Below are positions 1 through 14,561 of a DNA stretch of 63,300 nt, piece after piece. This DNA comes from Dehalococcoidia bacterium (GTDB lineage Bacteria > Chloroflexota > Dehalococcoidia > GIF9 > AB-539-J10). The DNA lies in contig DAOUZA010000001.1 in assembly GCA_030665785.1 (NCBI GenBank), forward strand, positions 1 to 63,300, read 5' to 3'. A program made the position numbers and the translations under genes. The notes beneath the pieces were generated by a model. That model was not told where the DNA came from. It searched no databases and worked only from the letters and a program-made list of their open reading frames with translations. Each line of letters starts with the position of its first letter. The first letter of the stretch is position 1.

Positions 1-2
1 AG

Positions 3-1238
3 ATGGACTTTAAGCTTTCGGAGGAAGAGGAGAAGAGGAGGAAGGAATTTTTTGAGGGTTGCAAGGAGCTAAGTAAAGAAAAGCCCAAGGATTTCATAGA
101 TGGAATAGAAGCCGAGTATGAGAAGGCGAACCAGCCTTACATAACGCGTTGCCGTAAGGAATTCGCCAAGCGGGGATGGCTTCGGCTTGGCTGGCCTCCG
201 GAGTATGGAGGGGTAGGAAGTCATATGGACCGCGTGTTCTTTGGTGAGGCCAGAGGATATTACGTTCTGCCTGGCGTTGATATCTTTGGAATAGAAATGC
301 TTGCCCCTACGCTTCTCGCTATGGGAAACAAAGAAGTAAAAGATAGATACCTACCTGGAATTGGGGATGGCGATACGTTATGGTGTGAGCTGTATAGTGA
401 GCCTAATGCTGGCTCAGATTTGGCAGCTGTTACCGCTACTGCTATAAGGAAGGGCGATGAGTATGTGATAAATGGTCAGAAGACCTGGACCACAAATGCT
501 CACAATGCTGACTGGGGCTTTGGCTTGTTCAGAACCGACCCCCAGGGTCGTAAACGTCGTAATATTTCGTTCTTACTAATGGACATGAAGACACCAGGGA
601 TTACCATAAATCCTCTTGAATATCTGAACAGGATGCATATGTATAATGAGGTCTTCTTTGATGATGTGCATGTCCCTGCGGACCAGATTATTGGAGAAGA
701 GAATCAAGGGTGGGCAGTCAGTCAGGCACTGGTTAATTTTGAAAGGTCTAATGTACTGGCTGTCTCAGCGGTGGGGCGGTTGCTGGAAACGTTAGTGGAG
801 TATTGCAATGAGACAAAAGTGGGTGGCAAGCCTCTGGCACAGGACCCATTTATTCGCAATAAGGTTGCTGAGATGGCTGTCGAAATCGAGGCATCTCGTA
901 CTCTGGCGTATTACATAGCGGATCAACAAAATAGAAATCAGGTGGCGGCGCTATTTGAATCATCAGCAATGAAGGTGTTCGTAGGCGATTTATTTGAGCG
1001 TCTGGGTGCTCTCGGAACTGATATGTTAGGCTCCTATGGTCAGGTTAAGGCTTCCAGGTGGGCACGTCAGAGAGGTGTCTGGGAAAGCCTGTATCAGACG
1101 GCCTTTGTACTGACCATCTCCATGGGGACCAATGAGATACAGAAGAACATCATTGCGTGGTATGGTTTAAACATGCCCAGGCCACTTTCGCCTGTATCTA
1201 TAGAGAAAGCTCTAGCTGCAGCTCAAGCAGCAAAATAA
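3..1238 (+). CDS. acyl-CoA dehydrogenase family protein (first of an adjacent pair)
   Basis: 411-aa ORF with ATG at 3. ACAD-like over its full length (QKTWTTNA, GEENQGW, C-terminal GTNEIQKNII). The usual YEG catalytic-Glu position reads SMG, and a Glu is present in a helix-G-like FER motif. Confidence 0.85.
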   Translation: MDFKLSEEEEKRRKEFFEGCKELSKEKPKDFIDGIEAEYEKANQPYITRCRKEFAKRGWLRLGWPPEYGGVGSHMDRVFFGEARGYYVLPGVDIFGIEMLAPTLLAMGNKEVKDRYLPGIGDGDTLWCELYSEPNAGSDLAAVTATAIRKGDEYVINGQKTWTTNAHNADWGFGLFRTDPQGRKRRNISFLLMDMKTPGITINPLEYLNRMHMYNEVFFDDVHVPADQIIGEENQGWAVSQALVNFERSNVLAVSAVGRLLETLVEYCNETKVGGKPLAQDPFIRNKVAEMAVEIEASRTLAYYIADQQNRNQVAALFESSAMKVFVGDLFERLGALGTDMLGSYGQVKASRWARQRGVWESLYQTAFVLTISMGTNEIQKNIIAWYGLNMPRPLSPVSIEKALAAAQAAK

Positions 1239-1247
1239 GGAGGGAAT

Positions 1248-2387
1248 ATGGATAGTACTTTCACAGAAGAACAGACAATGCTGAGGAAATCGACCGCCGA
1301 TTTCCTTGTGGAGAAATATCCCGAAGCAAAGGTAAGGGAAATAGAGGAATCGGATACGGGGCATGACCCTGAAATTTGGAAGGGAATGGCTGAGTTGGGC
1401 TGGATGGGTTTGGTTGTTCCCGAGGAATATGAAGGCATGGGAATGACGTTCCAGGATTTGTCGATAGTCCTGGAGGAAATGGGAAGAAATATCGCTCCCT
1501 CTCCTTTCTTTTGCACTGTGCTTGAGGGTGCTTACCCTATCCTTGATGCCGGAGGTGAGGAGCAGAAGAAGGAGTTCCTACCAAAGATAGCCAATGGAGA
1601 ATTGATTTTTACCCTGGCTTTACTTGAAGCTGATGATATACATGATGCCTCCGGTATCGCGGTCAAAGCAGCGCCTAAGGGAGATGACTTTGTAATTAAC
1701 GGCATAAAGCTCTTTGTAGAGCAAGCTATCAACGCTGATTATATGATAGTTGTTACCAGGACCAAGGAAGGAGCTTCTGCTGAAGACGGCATTACCCTGT
1801 TCATAGTGGATGCCAGGACTTCTGGAATTCATTGCGAAGTGATACCCACCATAGGCATGGAGAAGCTGTGTGAGGTAAGCTTTAAGGATGTCGCTGTACC
1901 CAAGAAAAATATGCTAGGCGAGCTGGACAAAGGATTGCCTATTGTCAGTAAGGTTATGGAAAGAGCAGCCATTGCCAAAGCTGCTGAATCTCTTGGCGCT
2001 ATGGATGGAATTGTTCCTATGACCGCGGATTACTTAAAGGATAGGGTTCAATATGACGAGCCTCTTGCCCGGTTCCAGGCACTTCAACATATAATGGCTG
2101 ATATGTTCATTAGCCTGACTACCAGTAAGTATCTGGTCTATGAGGCAGTGTGGATGGAATCGGAGGGTCTCCCCTGTGCCAAAGAAGTTGCTATGGCTAA
2201 ATCATATGTAAACCAGAATTATAAAGAGCTTAGCAGGTTGATGATAAGATTGTATGGTGCCAATGGCACGCATAGAGAGTTCAAGCCCGGGCTCTACTAC
2301 AGGAGGGCTAAAGCGGCAAGCATTGCCTTTGGCGATACCGGGTTCCAAAGGGAAAGAATAGCTCGCGCCATAGGGCTTGTTTCTTAG
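1248..2387 (+). CDS. acyl-CoA dehydrogenase family protein (second of the pair)
   Basis: 379-aa ORF starting 9 nt after the previous stop, with GGAGGG as SD. ACAD fold motifs are present. The YEG position reads AFG, and a Glu is present in VMER. Confidence 0.85.
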   Translation: MDSTFTEEQTMLRKSTADFLVEKYPEAKVREIEESDTGHDPEIWKGMAELGWMGLVVPEEYEGMGMTFQDLSIVLEEMGRNIAPSPFFCTVLEGAYPILDAGGEEQKKEFLPKIANGELIFTLALLEADDIHDASGIAVKAAPKGDDFVINGIKLFVEQAINADYMIVVTRTKEGASAEDGITLFIVDARTSGIHCEVIPTIGMEKLCEVSFKDVAVPKKNMLGELDKGLPIVSKVMERAAIAKAAESLGAMDGIVPMTADYLKDRVQYDEPLARFQALQHIMADMFISLTTSKYLVYEAVWMESEGLPCAKEVAMAKSYVNQNYKELSRLMIRLYGANGTHREFKPGLYYRRAKAASIAFGDTGFQRERIARAIGLVS

Positions 2388-2390
2388 TAA

Positions 2391-4445
<2,055 letters not shown>

Positions 4446-4558
4446 AGTTTCTATTCTCTGGCAAAAATTACTTAAGGGAAATAAAGCACTGGCAGTATAC
4501 ACTCAGTGTCGATGTGGGATTGTAAACTGATTTTCCAATGTACTAAAAGGAGGTAGAA

Positions 4559-5740
4559 ATGGCTCTAAGAAAAGTAGCAATAGTAGGTGTAGGCCATACA
4601 CCATTTACCTTTGGAGGGGAGAAGACATCCGTGGAATTGTTCTCTGAGGCGGCTATGGAAGCCATTAATAACTCAAATTTGAAGCCAAAAGATATACAAG
4701 CTTTGTACTGTGGTAATTGCCTAGGGGACTTTTCCGAGGGGCAAGGTATGGTACAGTCATATTGTGCTGATGATATTGGCATCGCAGGTATTCCTGCTAC
4801 TAGATTTGAAGGTGCTTGTGCTTCGGCAACTATGGCGATAAGAGACGCTTTCATCTGGGTTGCTTCAGGTTTCTACGACATAGTGTTGGCTGGTGGAGTG
4901 GAAACAGCATCGAAAATGGGCACACCTTTAGCAACTCGTACTTTTGCTATGTTCACTGATAGTCACTATGAATATCCTTCTGGGCTTACTTTTCCTGGCG
5001 CTTTTGCTATGTTGGCTCATCTCTATTCAGCAAAATATGGCATATCATTCGAAAGGCTTAGACGTCAAATGTCTTTAGTTTCAGTTCAATCTCACCATTA
5101 TGGCATGTATAATCATTTGGGGCAGCTTCATAAAGAGATAACCGTGGAAGATGTAGAAAAAAGCTTCATGGTCACTTCGCCATTAACTCTATATGACTGT
5201 TGTCCATTCTCCGATGGAGCGGCTATGGTTGTCTTGGCCTCAGAAGAAAAAGCCAAAAAGCTCACCGATAAGCCAGTTTATATTATTGGCGTGGGGCAAA
5301 GCTCATCTGGTAAGTACAGTGCTCAATATAAGTATCTGCCGAGGCTCAGGGCTAGAGAATTATCTGTTCAACAAGCTTATGATATGGCGGATATTAAACC
5401 AGAGGATGTGGACCTTGTTGAGCTTCATGATTGCTTTAGCATAGCCAGCATCATTGCTGTAGAAAGTCTTGGCTTTGCCGATTTTGGCCATGGTGGTGAG
5501 CTTTGGGAGAAAGGCGAGACGAAGATTGGAGGTAAAATACCTATAAATATTTCTGGAGGGCTAAAATCCAAGGGACATCCTATAGGAGCCACAGGAGCAT
5601 CTCAAGTATGTGATATAGTGAAACAAATGAAATACGAAGTAGAACCACAAAGGCAAGCGGAGGAAGTTAAGATAGGATTAACTGATACGCTAGGCGGAGA
5701 CGGCGTTCTTGCTCATCTGGTTTTGCAAAGAGGTTGGTAG
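4559..5740 (+). CDS. thiolase (SCP2/nonspecific lipid-transfer-type, thiolase domain protein)
   Basis: 393 aa. AAAGGAGG SD. Active-site Cys context EGACASATMAI and C-terminal GGLKSKGHPIGATGASQ. Confidence 0.9.
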   Translation: MALRKVAIVGVGHTPFTFGGEKTSVELFSEAAMEAINNSNLKPKDIQALYCGNCLGDFSEGQGMVQSYCADDIGIAGIPATRFEGACASATMAIRDAFIWVASGFYDIVLAGGVETASKMGTPLATRTFAMFTDSHYEYPSGLTFPGAFAMLAHLYSAKYGISFERLRRQMSLVSVQSHHYGMYNHLGQLHKEITVEDVEKSFMVTSPLTLYDCCPFSDGAAMVVLASEEKAKKLTDKPVYIIGVGQSSSGKYSAQYKYLPRLRARELSVQQAYDMADIKPEDVDLVELHDCFSIASIIAVESLGFADFGHGGELWEKGETKIGGKIPINISGGLKSKGHPIGATGASQVCDIVKQMKYEVEPQRQAEEVKIGLTDTLGGDGVLAHLVLQRGW

Positions 5741-5778
5741 CACTTAGTCTGTAAATTACTATCAAGGAAAGGTGAAAA

Positions 5779-6216
5779 ATGGAAGTGAAATATAAACTTA
5801 CTTTCAAGGGCTGGAATAATTCTCTTAAGAAGAACAAGTTGTTGGGGTTAAAGTGCAGGGATTGCGGCAAATTTACTTGCCCACCAAAGATGACCTGTCA
5901 AGAATGTGGTAGCATAAATTTAGAAGTTGTGGAAATGAGTGGGGAAGGGAAAATTGTAACTTATACTGTTTCCTATGTACCAGGGGAAGGACGTTATGTT
6001 GAGGCTCCCATCCTCATAGTGATGGTTGAGCTGGATGAAGGCCCCTGGATAATGGGTAATTTAACTGATATTGATCCAAATAGAGCATCCATAGAGTCAT
6101 TAATCGGTAAGCGGGTGAAACTAGGACCTCACTCTAAAGTATATCCTGGAGATGCATACTCAACTGGCGAGGAAGCTCAGGGGGGCGAAGCTAGACCCAC
6201 TTTCATTTTTGCTTAA
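5779..6216 (+). CDS. Zn-ribbon/OB-fold protein (DUF35 family), thiolase partner
   Basis: 145 aa. Rubredoxin-like CRDCG...CQECG followed by an OB-fold region. Sits directly downstream of the thiolase, as is typical for DUF35. Confidence 0.85.
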   Translation: MEVKYKLTFKGWNNSLKKNKLLGLKCRDCGKFTCPPKMTCQECGSINLEVVEMSGEGKIVTYTVSYVPGEGRYVEAPILIVMVELDEGPWIMGNLTDIDPNRASIESLIGKRVKLGPHSKVYPGDAYSTGEEAQGGEARPTFIFA

Positions 6217-6256
6217 AATTGAGAATAAAAAACGAGAGTGGAAAGGGTAATTAATC

Positions 6257-7423
6257 ATGGATTTTGAGTTCACCGAGGAACAGAAGATGCTACAAAAGAC
6301 TATAGCTGATTTTGTGGATAAGGAAATTGTTCCTGTAGCTGCTCAATGGGATGAAGAGGAGAAATTCCCATACGATGTGTGGCAAAAAATGGCTGACATG
6401 GGGATGTGTGGGGTGAGTATTCCTAAGGAATATGGTGGGGGTGGAGAGGGTGAAATAGCCTGCGACATAGTTACTGAAGAGATTAGTCGTGGTGCTGGCG
6501 GTCTAGGCACTGCTTATTTAGTTAGCTGTGGTATAGCCGCAGAGGCTATTTATGCGCATGCTAGTAAAGAGCAATGTAGTCTTTACATCCCGCGTATTAA
6601 CAAGGGGGATATAGCTTTCTTTGCTGTAACTGAGGCATCGGGTGGCAGCGATGTTGCTGGTATGGAAGCAAGATACAAACGGGAAGGTGATTATTTTATC
6701 CTCAATGGTGCAAAGACTCTCATAACTAACGGTGAGGAATCTCAATTTGGCACTGTTTATGCTAATAACGAGGAGTATCTCAGGGCAAATCCTGACCCGA
6801 GCAAGATATATCATGGCATTAGTAGCTTTTTGGTAGAGAAAGGCACCCCCGGTTTTTCTTTAGGCAAAAAAGAAAGGAAAATGGGACAGCACTGCAATTC
6901 AACTTATGAGTTTATTTTTCAAGATTGCAAGATACCCGTTAAAAATTTGATAGGTGAAGAAGGGCAGGGATTCCGTTATCTTATAGAAAGCATAGATGCT
7001 AGCCGCTGTAGTGTAGCTGCTCAGGCAGTGGGTATTGCTAGAGCAGCTTTTGCAGTTGCACTTGACTATGCTAAACAGAGGAAAGCATTTGGCAAATTAC
7101 TTGCTGAACATCAAGCAATTCAATGGATGCTCGCCGATATGTCAACAGCTATTGATGCAGCTCGTTTGCTACTTTATTACGCTGCATGGCTGAAAGACAA
7201 CAGGAAACCATATTTTAGGGAAGCTGCGGAGGCGAAGCTCTTTGCCGCTGAATCAGCTCATATGGTTTGTGATAAAGCTCTTCAGATTCATGGAGGTTAT
7301 GGCTATATGGAGGATTATTCGATAGCTCGTTACTACCGCGATCAAAGAATAACCGAAATTTACGAAGGGACTTCGGAGATGCAGAGGTGGACGATTGCTC
7401 GTCAGCTCACCGGTTTGAAGTAA
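6257..7423 (+). CDS. acyl-CoA dehydrogenase (canonical short/medium-chain type)
   Basis: 388 aa. TEASGGSD, GEEGQGF and the canonical catalytic motif IYEGTSEMQ. Confidence 0.93.
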   Translation: MDFEFTEEQKMLQKTIADFVDKEIVPVAAQWDEEEKFPYDVWQKMADMGMCGVSIPKEYGGGGEGEIACDIVTEEISRGAGGLGTAYLVSCGIAAEAIYAHASKEQCSLYIPRINKGDIAFFAVTEASGGSDVAGMEARYKREGDYFILNGAKTLITNGEESQFGTVYANNEEYLRANPDPSKIYHGISSFLVEKGTPGFSLGKKERKMGQHCNSTYEFIFQDCKIPVKNLIGEEGQGFRYLIESIDASRCSVAAQAVGIARAAFAVALDYAKQRKAFGKLLAEHQAIQWMLADMSTAIDAARLLLYYAAWLKDNRKPYFREAAEAKLFAAESAHMVCDKALQIHGGYGYMEDYSIARYYRDQRITEIYEGTSEMQRWTIARQLTGLK

Positions 7424-7531
7424 AAAGGCGTTGCTATATTCTTTAGAGATTCTGAAGAACGGAGCACAGATAGTTCAGCAAAGTTAAGGATAATTGAGAA
7501 TTAATGCGGCTGAGTTCTTAGGATTGCTGAA

Positions 7532-8035
7532 TCAGAATATTTCCTGATTTTGTATCTCTTCGATGCTATCTTTAAAAAGGAGACTATAGTAACCAGGCAG
7601 TTCAGCTATATCAAAGAATCTGGCATCCTCTACTTCATCTCCAGGAGTTAGTTCTCCATCTTTTACCTTAACTAAGTACGCTATTATCAGCATATCTCCA
7701 TAAATTTCCTTGTCCTCTATCCTGAGTACTCCAATTAACTTCACTATTTCCCCAGATACCCCGGTCTCTTCCTTTAGCTCCCTCAAACAAGCTTCTTCCG
7801 ATGTTTCTCCAATCTCGATAAAGCCTGAAGGAGAGGCCCACATACCTTTTACAGGTGGTAATCCTCTTTTAATGAGTAGAAACCTTTTATCTTTTACCGC
7901 TACAGCCAATGCTACTGGCAAAGGATTCTTGTAATCAACGAAATCGCATTTAGGGCAGTATTTCCTCTCCCGCCCTTCAAGCGTTCCCATTTGAAGAAGT
8001 GTGGCACAAATGGGACAATAGTTATATTCCTTCAT
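7532..8035 (-). CDS. NUDIX hydrolase with N-terminal zinc ribbon
   Basis: 167 aa. CPIC...CPKC ribbon. Nudix box GFIEIGETSEEACLRELKEETGV. Confidence 0.9.
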   Translation of the reverse strand: MKEYNYCPICATLLQMGTLEGRERKYCPKCDFVDYKNPLPVALAVAVKDKRFLLIKRGLPPVKGMWASPSGFIEIGETSEEACLRELKEETGVSGEIVKLIGVLRIEDKEIYGDMLIIAYLVKVKDGELTPGDEVEDARFFDIAELPGYYSLLFKDSIEEIQNQEIF

Positions 8036-8076
8036 CCTTTCAGTCTATAATATATCATGAAATAAGGCATATGCGT

Positions 8077-8640
8077 ATGAAGCTCATTGTTGGTCTGGGC
8101 AATCCCGGCAAATTATATGCTCATAATCGGCATAATATTGGCTTTCGCTGCCTGAATTATTTTGCCAGGCATCATTCCATCCGCTTTGATAGGAGACAGT
8201 GTCGGGCAAGGATAGGTGCTGGTGAAGTGGCTGGTGGTGAATTATTGCTCGCCAAGCCACAGATATTTGTCAACATTAGTGGTAAGGTGGTGGGTTGCCT
8301 GGTGGAGAAATATGATGTGCCGTTGAACGATTTTGTGGTGATTTATGATGACCTTGATTTGCCCCTGGGCAAAGTTCGCATTCGTCAGAGAGGTAGTGCA
8401 GGAGGACATAAAGGGATGGGGTCAATCATCTCCACTCTGGGGAGCGAAGATTTCCCCCGAATCAGGGTAGGCATTGGACGCCCTGCCTCGGATGATGAGG
8501 ATGCCATAGTAAGTTATGTGCTTGGCAATTTTACTCCACGAGAGGAAGAGGTAATCAGGTCAGCCATTATTAAGGTAGCTGAAGCAATCAATTGCTTCCT
8601 CGCTGAAGGGCTAGAAGCAGCGATGAGCAAGTTCAATTAG
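8077..8640 (+). CDS. pth: peptidyl-tRNA hydrolase
   Basis: The ORF track starts at 7999 and overlaps the NUDIX gene. The conserved N-terminus MKLIVGLGNPG...NRHNIGF begins at ATG 8077, with AAGG 9 nt upstream. ATG 8071 is an alternative start. Confidence 0.92.
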   Translation: MKLIVGLGNPGKLYAHNRHNIGFRCLNYFARHHSIRFDRRQCRARIGAGEVAGGELLLAKPQIFVNISGKVVGCLVEKYDVPLNDFVVIYDDLDLPLGKVRIRQRGSAGGHKGMGSIISTLGSEDFPRIRVGIGRPASDDEDAIVSYVLGNFTPREEEVIRSAIIKVAEAINCFLAEGLEAAMSKFN

Positions 8641-8655
8641 CCCAAAAGGGGATTT

Positions 8656-8734
8656 GAGATTGCTTCGCCTTCGGCTCGCAATGACAGTAAAGGGGACGCT
8701 CAAAATGACAAGAGGCGAAGGGCTCGCAACGATT
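8656..8734. repeat. GC-rich hairpin repeat (gattgcttcg...ctcgcaatgaca family), 1 full plus partial copies
   Basis: gagattgcttcgccttcggctcgcaatgaca, followed by degenerate ...gctcaaaatgaca... and ...ggctcgcaacgat. Confidence 0.8.
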
Positions 8735-8811
8735 AGGTCTTGTAGTTGAATTATCGCTGTAGAGGTTTTATTTTAAGGCGTTGATTGATATTATTTATAA
8801 TTGAGAGATAA

Positions 8812-9315
8812 ATGATTATTGCTGTTATTGGTGATTCTTCTTGCCCGCTGGAGGAAGCTAAGCTAGCTGAAGCTGTGGGTGAGCAATTAGCCCGGCAAGG
8901 GGTCACAATTATATGTGGTGGCCTGGGTGGTGTGATGGGAGCAGTTTGCCGTGGTGCTAAATCAAAAGGTGGTTTGACTGTAGGCATTTTGCCCGGAGAA
9001 GATTCAAGCATGGCTAACCAGTGGGTGGACATTCCCATAGCTACCGGGGTAGGCTATGGCAGGAATATGGCGGTGGTCAAGTCAGCCCAGGCAGTAATTG
9101 CCATTGGTGGCAATTATGGGACGCTCAGTGAGATTGCCTATGCGTTGAAGAGTGGCATACCAGTTATTGGATTGAACACCTGGTCATTGTCTCGAAACGG
9201 TAAAGAAGTCGATGCCATAATCAGGGTTGATAATGCCATAGAGGCGGTGGACAAGGCTATTTCTCTAGCCAAGAAGCATGAGGGTTATGGGATTGCTTCG
9301 CTTCGCTCGCAATGA
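8812..9315 (+). CDS. TIGR00725/LOG-like (SLOG superfamily) protein
   Basis: 167 aa. Rossmann-like IAVIGDSS...GGLGGVMGAVCRGA...AIGGNYGTLSEIA. The last ~8 codons (GIASLRSQ) are encoded by a hairpin repeat. Confidence 0.7.
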   Translation: MIIAVIGDSSCPLEEAKLAEAVGEQLARQGVTIICGGLGGVMGAVCRGAKSKGGLTVGILPGEDSSMANQWVDIPIATGVGYGRNMAVVKSAQAVIAIGGNYGTLSEIAYALKSGIPVIGLNTWSLSRNGKEVDAIIRVDNAIEAVDKAISLAKKHEGYGIASLRSQ

Positions 9316-9358
9316 CACAATGGGGGCTCGCAATGACACAATGGGGCTGGCTATGATA
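9289..9358. repeat. same hairpin-repeat family plus a 21-nt tandem repeat (2.6 copies)
   Basis: gggattgcttcgcttcgctcgcaatgaca. Tandem units gctcgcaatgacacaatgggg at 9305..9325 and 9326..9346, then a degenerate third copy. Confidence 0.85.
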
Positions 9359-9362
9359 ATAG

Positions 9363-12727
<3,365 letters not shown>

Positions 12728-12844
12728 AAAAGTGCTTGACTGAGCGACAAAATGTGCTAAGCTGTGTTTGATTTGGAGAAATACTGGATCGCTAGGTTTG
12801 TGCTCAGCTATGCGCAGAGTGCGCAACGAAATGCAGGTGGCTAA

Positions 12845-14560
12845 ATGACACAGGATGATAACAAAGCCCTATATGAAGCCCGGCCGTGGACGAAATGGTA
12901 TATGGAAGGTGTGTCGCCAAACTTGGAAGTCGAGGAAAAGTCTGTAGTGGACATGTTCAATGAGGCTGCAGAAAAATGGAAAAACAAGACCGCTGTAATA
13001 TTCTATGGTAGAAAGATGAGCTACCGAGAGCTCAGGGACCAGGCTGACAGATTTGCTACAGCACTACATGATTTAGGAGTCAGGAAAGGGGATAGGGTTG
13101 CCCTCCTGCTGCTTAATTCGCCTCAGTTTATTATTGCTTATATGGGAGCACTGAAAGCTGGAGCTACCTTAACGACAATTAGCCCTGTTTATGTCAGCCC
13201 CGAAATCAAGTACCAGCTTGAAGACAGCGGGGCGAAGATGATTGTTTGCCTGGATATTCTTTATGATAACGTGGAAAAAAGCGGAGTCAGGCTGGATGCT
13301 GTCATCGTGACCGGCATCGGTGAATACCTGCCTAAAATGAAAAAATTTCTGAGCAGCAGTGTGCTCCGATCTGTATATCAGAAAATGGCTACCCCGCCTG
13401 TTGAACTGCTTGAAAAAGAGGGATTCTATCGCTTCCAGGATTTGATTAAGAAATATCCCCCGAATCCACCCAAAATTGAGTTTGATATTAGAGAGGATAT
13501 AGTAACTCTTCCGTACACTGGAGGCACAACCGGGATGCCCAAAGGTGCTATGGTAAATCATTACAATTTTGGCGCTGCTCGAGAGCTCGCCGATAAATTC
13601 TGGGGACATCTCGCTCAGGAAGGTCAAGAAACGGTGATAGCCTATTTGCCCTTCTACCACATCTACGGTCAAGTAGTGGTCATGATAGGCAGTTTAAGCC
13701 AGGGTTATACTCAAGTGCTACTCACTACTCCCGACCCTGATGACATTCTGAGTGCAATTGAAAATTACAAAGCAACTATTTTCTACAGTGTTCCCGCCCT
13801 GTATGAACACCTCACTGACTATGAAAAGACTAACAGGGTAAATTGGAAACGCATAAAACTCCTCATCTCCGGTGCTGATGCCCTTCTTGAGGATACGGCC
13901 CGGGGCTGGGAAAAGCGAACCGGCGCTAAAATTCACGAGGGCTGGGGAATGACCGAGACCACGTCGGTGGGCATCGTGAGTCCCTACGGCAGGGTGAAAA
14001 TCGGTTCCTTCGGCGTACCTATGCCTGGTACTGTGGCAGCCATACTTGACCCGGAAAGCAACAAGTTTCTGCCCGTTGGGGAAACAGGCGAACTGGCATT
14101 CAAAGGACCGAATGTCGTCAAGGGATACTGGGAGAAGCCGGAAGCAACGAAGGAAGCGTTTGTGGAAATTGACGGTGAGACCTGGCTGCGCACTGGCGAC
14201 CTGGCAAAAATGGATGAAGAGGGCTATTTCTACTTCTACGATAGGAAGAAAGATATGATTAAATACAAGGGTCTGCAGGTATTTGCCAGGGAGGTAGAGG
14301 AAGTAATTACTTCTCATCCTCAAGTCAAAGAGGCCGGCGTCATCGGTGTGCCCGACCCCGAGGTTGGTGAGAAAGTCAAAGCCATCGTCGTTCTTGAATC
14401 AGAAGCCAGAGGGAAGGTGTCGGAAGAAGAAATTACGCAGTACTGCGCTGGAAAGCTGGCTCACTACATGGTACCCAAGATAATCGAGTTCAGGGGCGAG
14501 CTGCCCAAGACGGATGTCGGCAAGGTATCACGCCGCGAGTTGAGAGAGGAGGAGCTATAG
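12845..14560 (+). CDS. AMP-dependent acyl-CoA synthetase/ligase (FadD-like)
   Basis: 571 aa. AMP-binding motif LPYTGGTTGMPKGA, plus GWGMTET and a C-terminal PKTDVGKV. Confidence 0.92.
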   Translation: MTQDDNKALYEARPWTKWYMEGVSPNLEVEEKSVVDMFNEAAEKWKNKTAVIFYGRKMSYRELRDQADRFATALHDLGVRKGDRVALLLLNSPQFIIAYMGALKAGATLTTISPVYVSPEIKYQLEDSGAKMIVCLDILYDNVEKSGVRLDAVIVTGIGEYLPKMKKFLSSSVLRSVYQKMATPPVELLEKEGFYRFQDLIKKYPPNPPKIEFDIREDIVTLPYTGGTTGMPKGAMVNHYNFGAARELADKFWGHLAQEGQETVIAYLPFYHIYGQVVVMIGSLSQGYTQVLLTTPDPDDILSAIENYKATIFYSVPALYEHLTDYEKTNRVNWKRIKLLISGADALLEDTARGWEKRTGAKIHEGWGMTETTSVGIVSPYGRVKIGSFGVPMPGTVAAILDPESNKFLPVGETGELAFKGPNVVKGYWEKPEATKEAFVEIDGETWLRTGDLAKMDEEGYFYFYDRKKDMIKYKGLQVFAREVEEVITSHPQVKEAGVIGVPDPEVGEKVKAIVVLESEARGKVSEEEITQYCAGKLAHYMVPKIIEFRGELPKTDVGKVSRRELREEEL

Positions 14561-14561
14561 A

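Noticed and set aside
7999-8076. 26-codon N-terminal extension of pth overlapping the NUDIX gene start
   Set aside because: The conserved Pth N-terminus (MKLIVGLGNPG) starts at 8077, and the extension would overlap the divergent gene and its promoter region.
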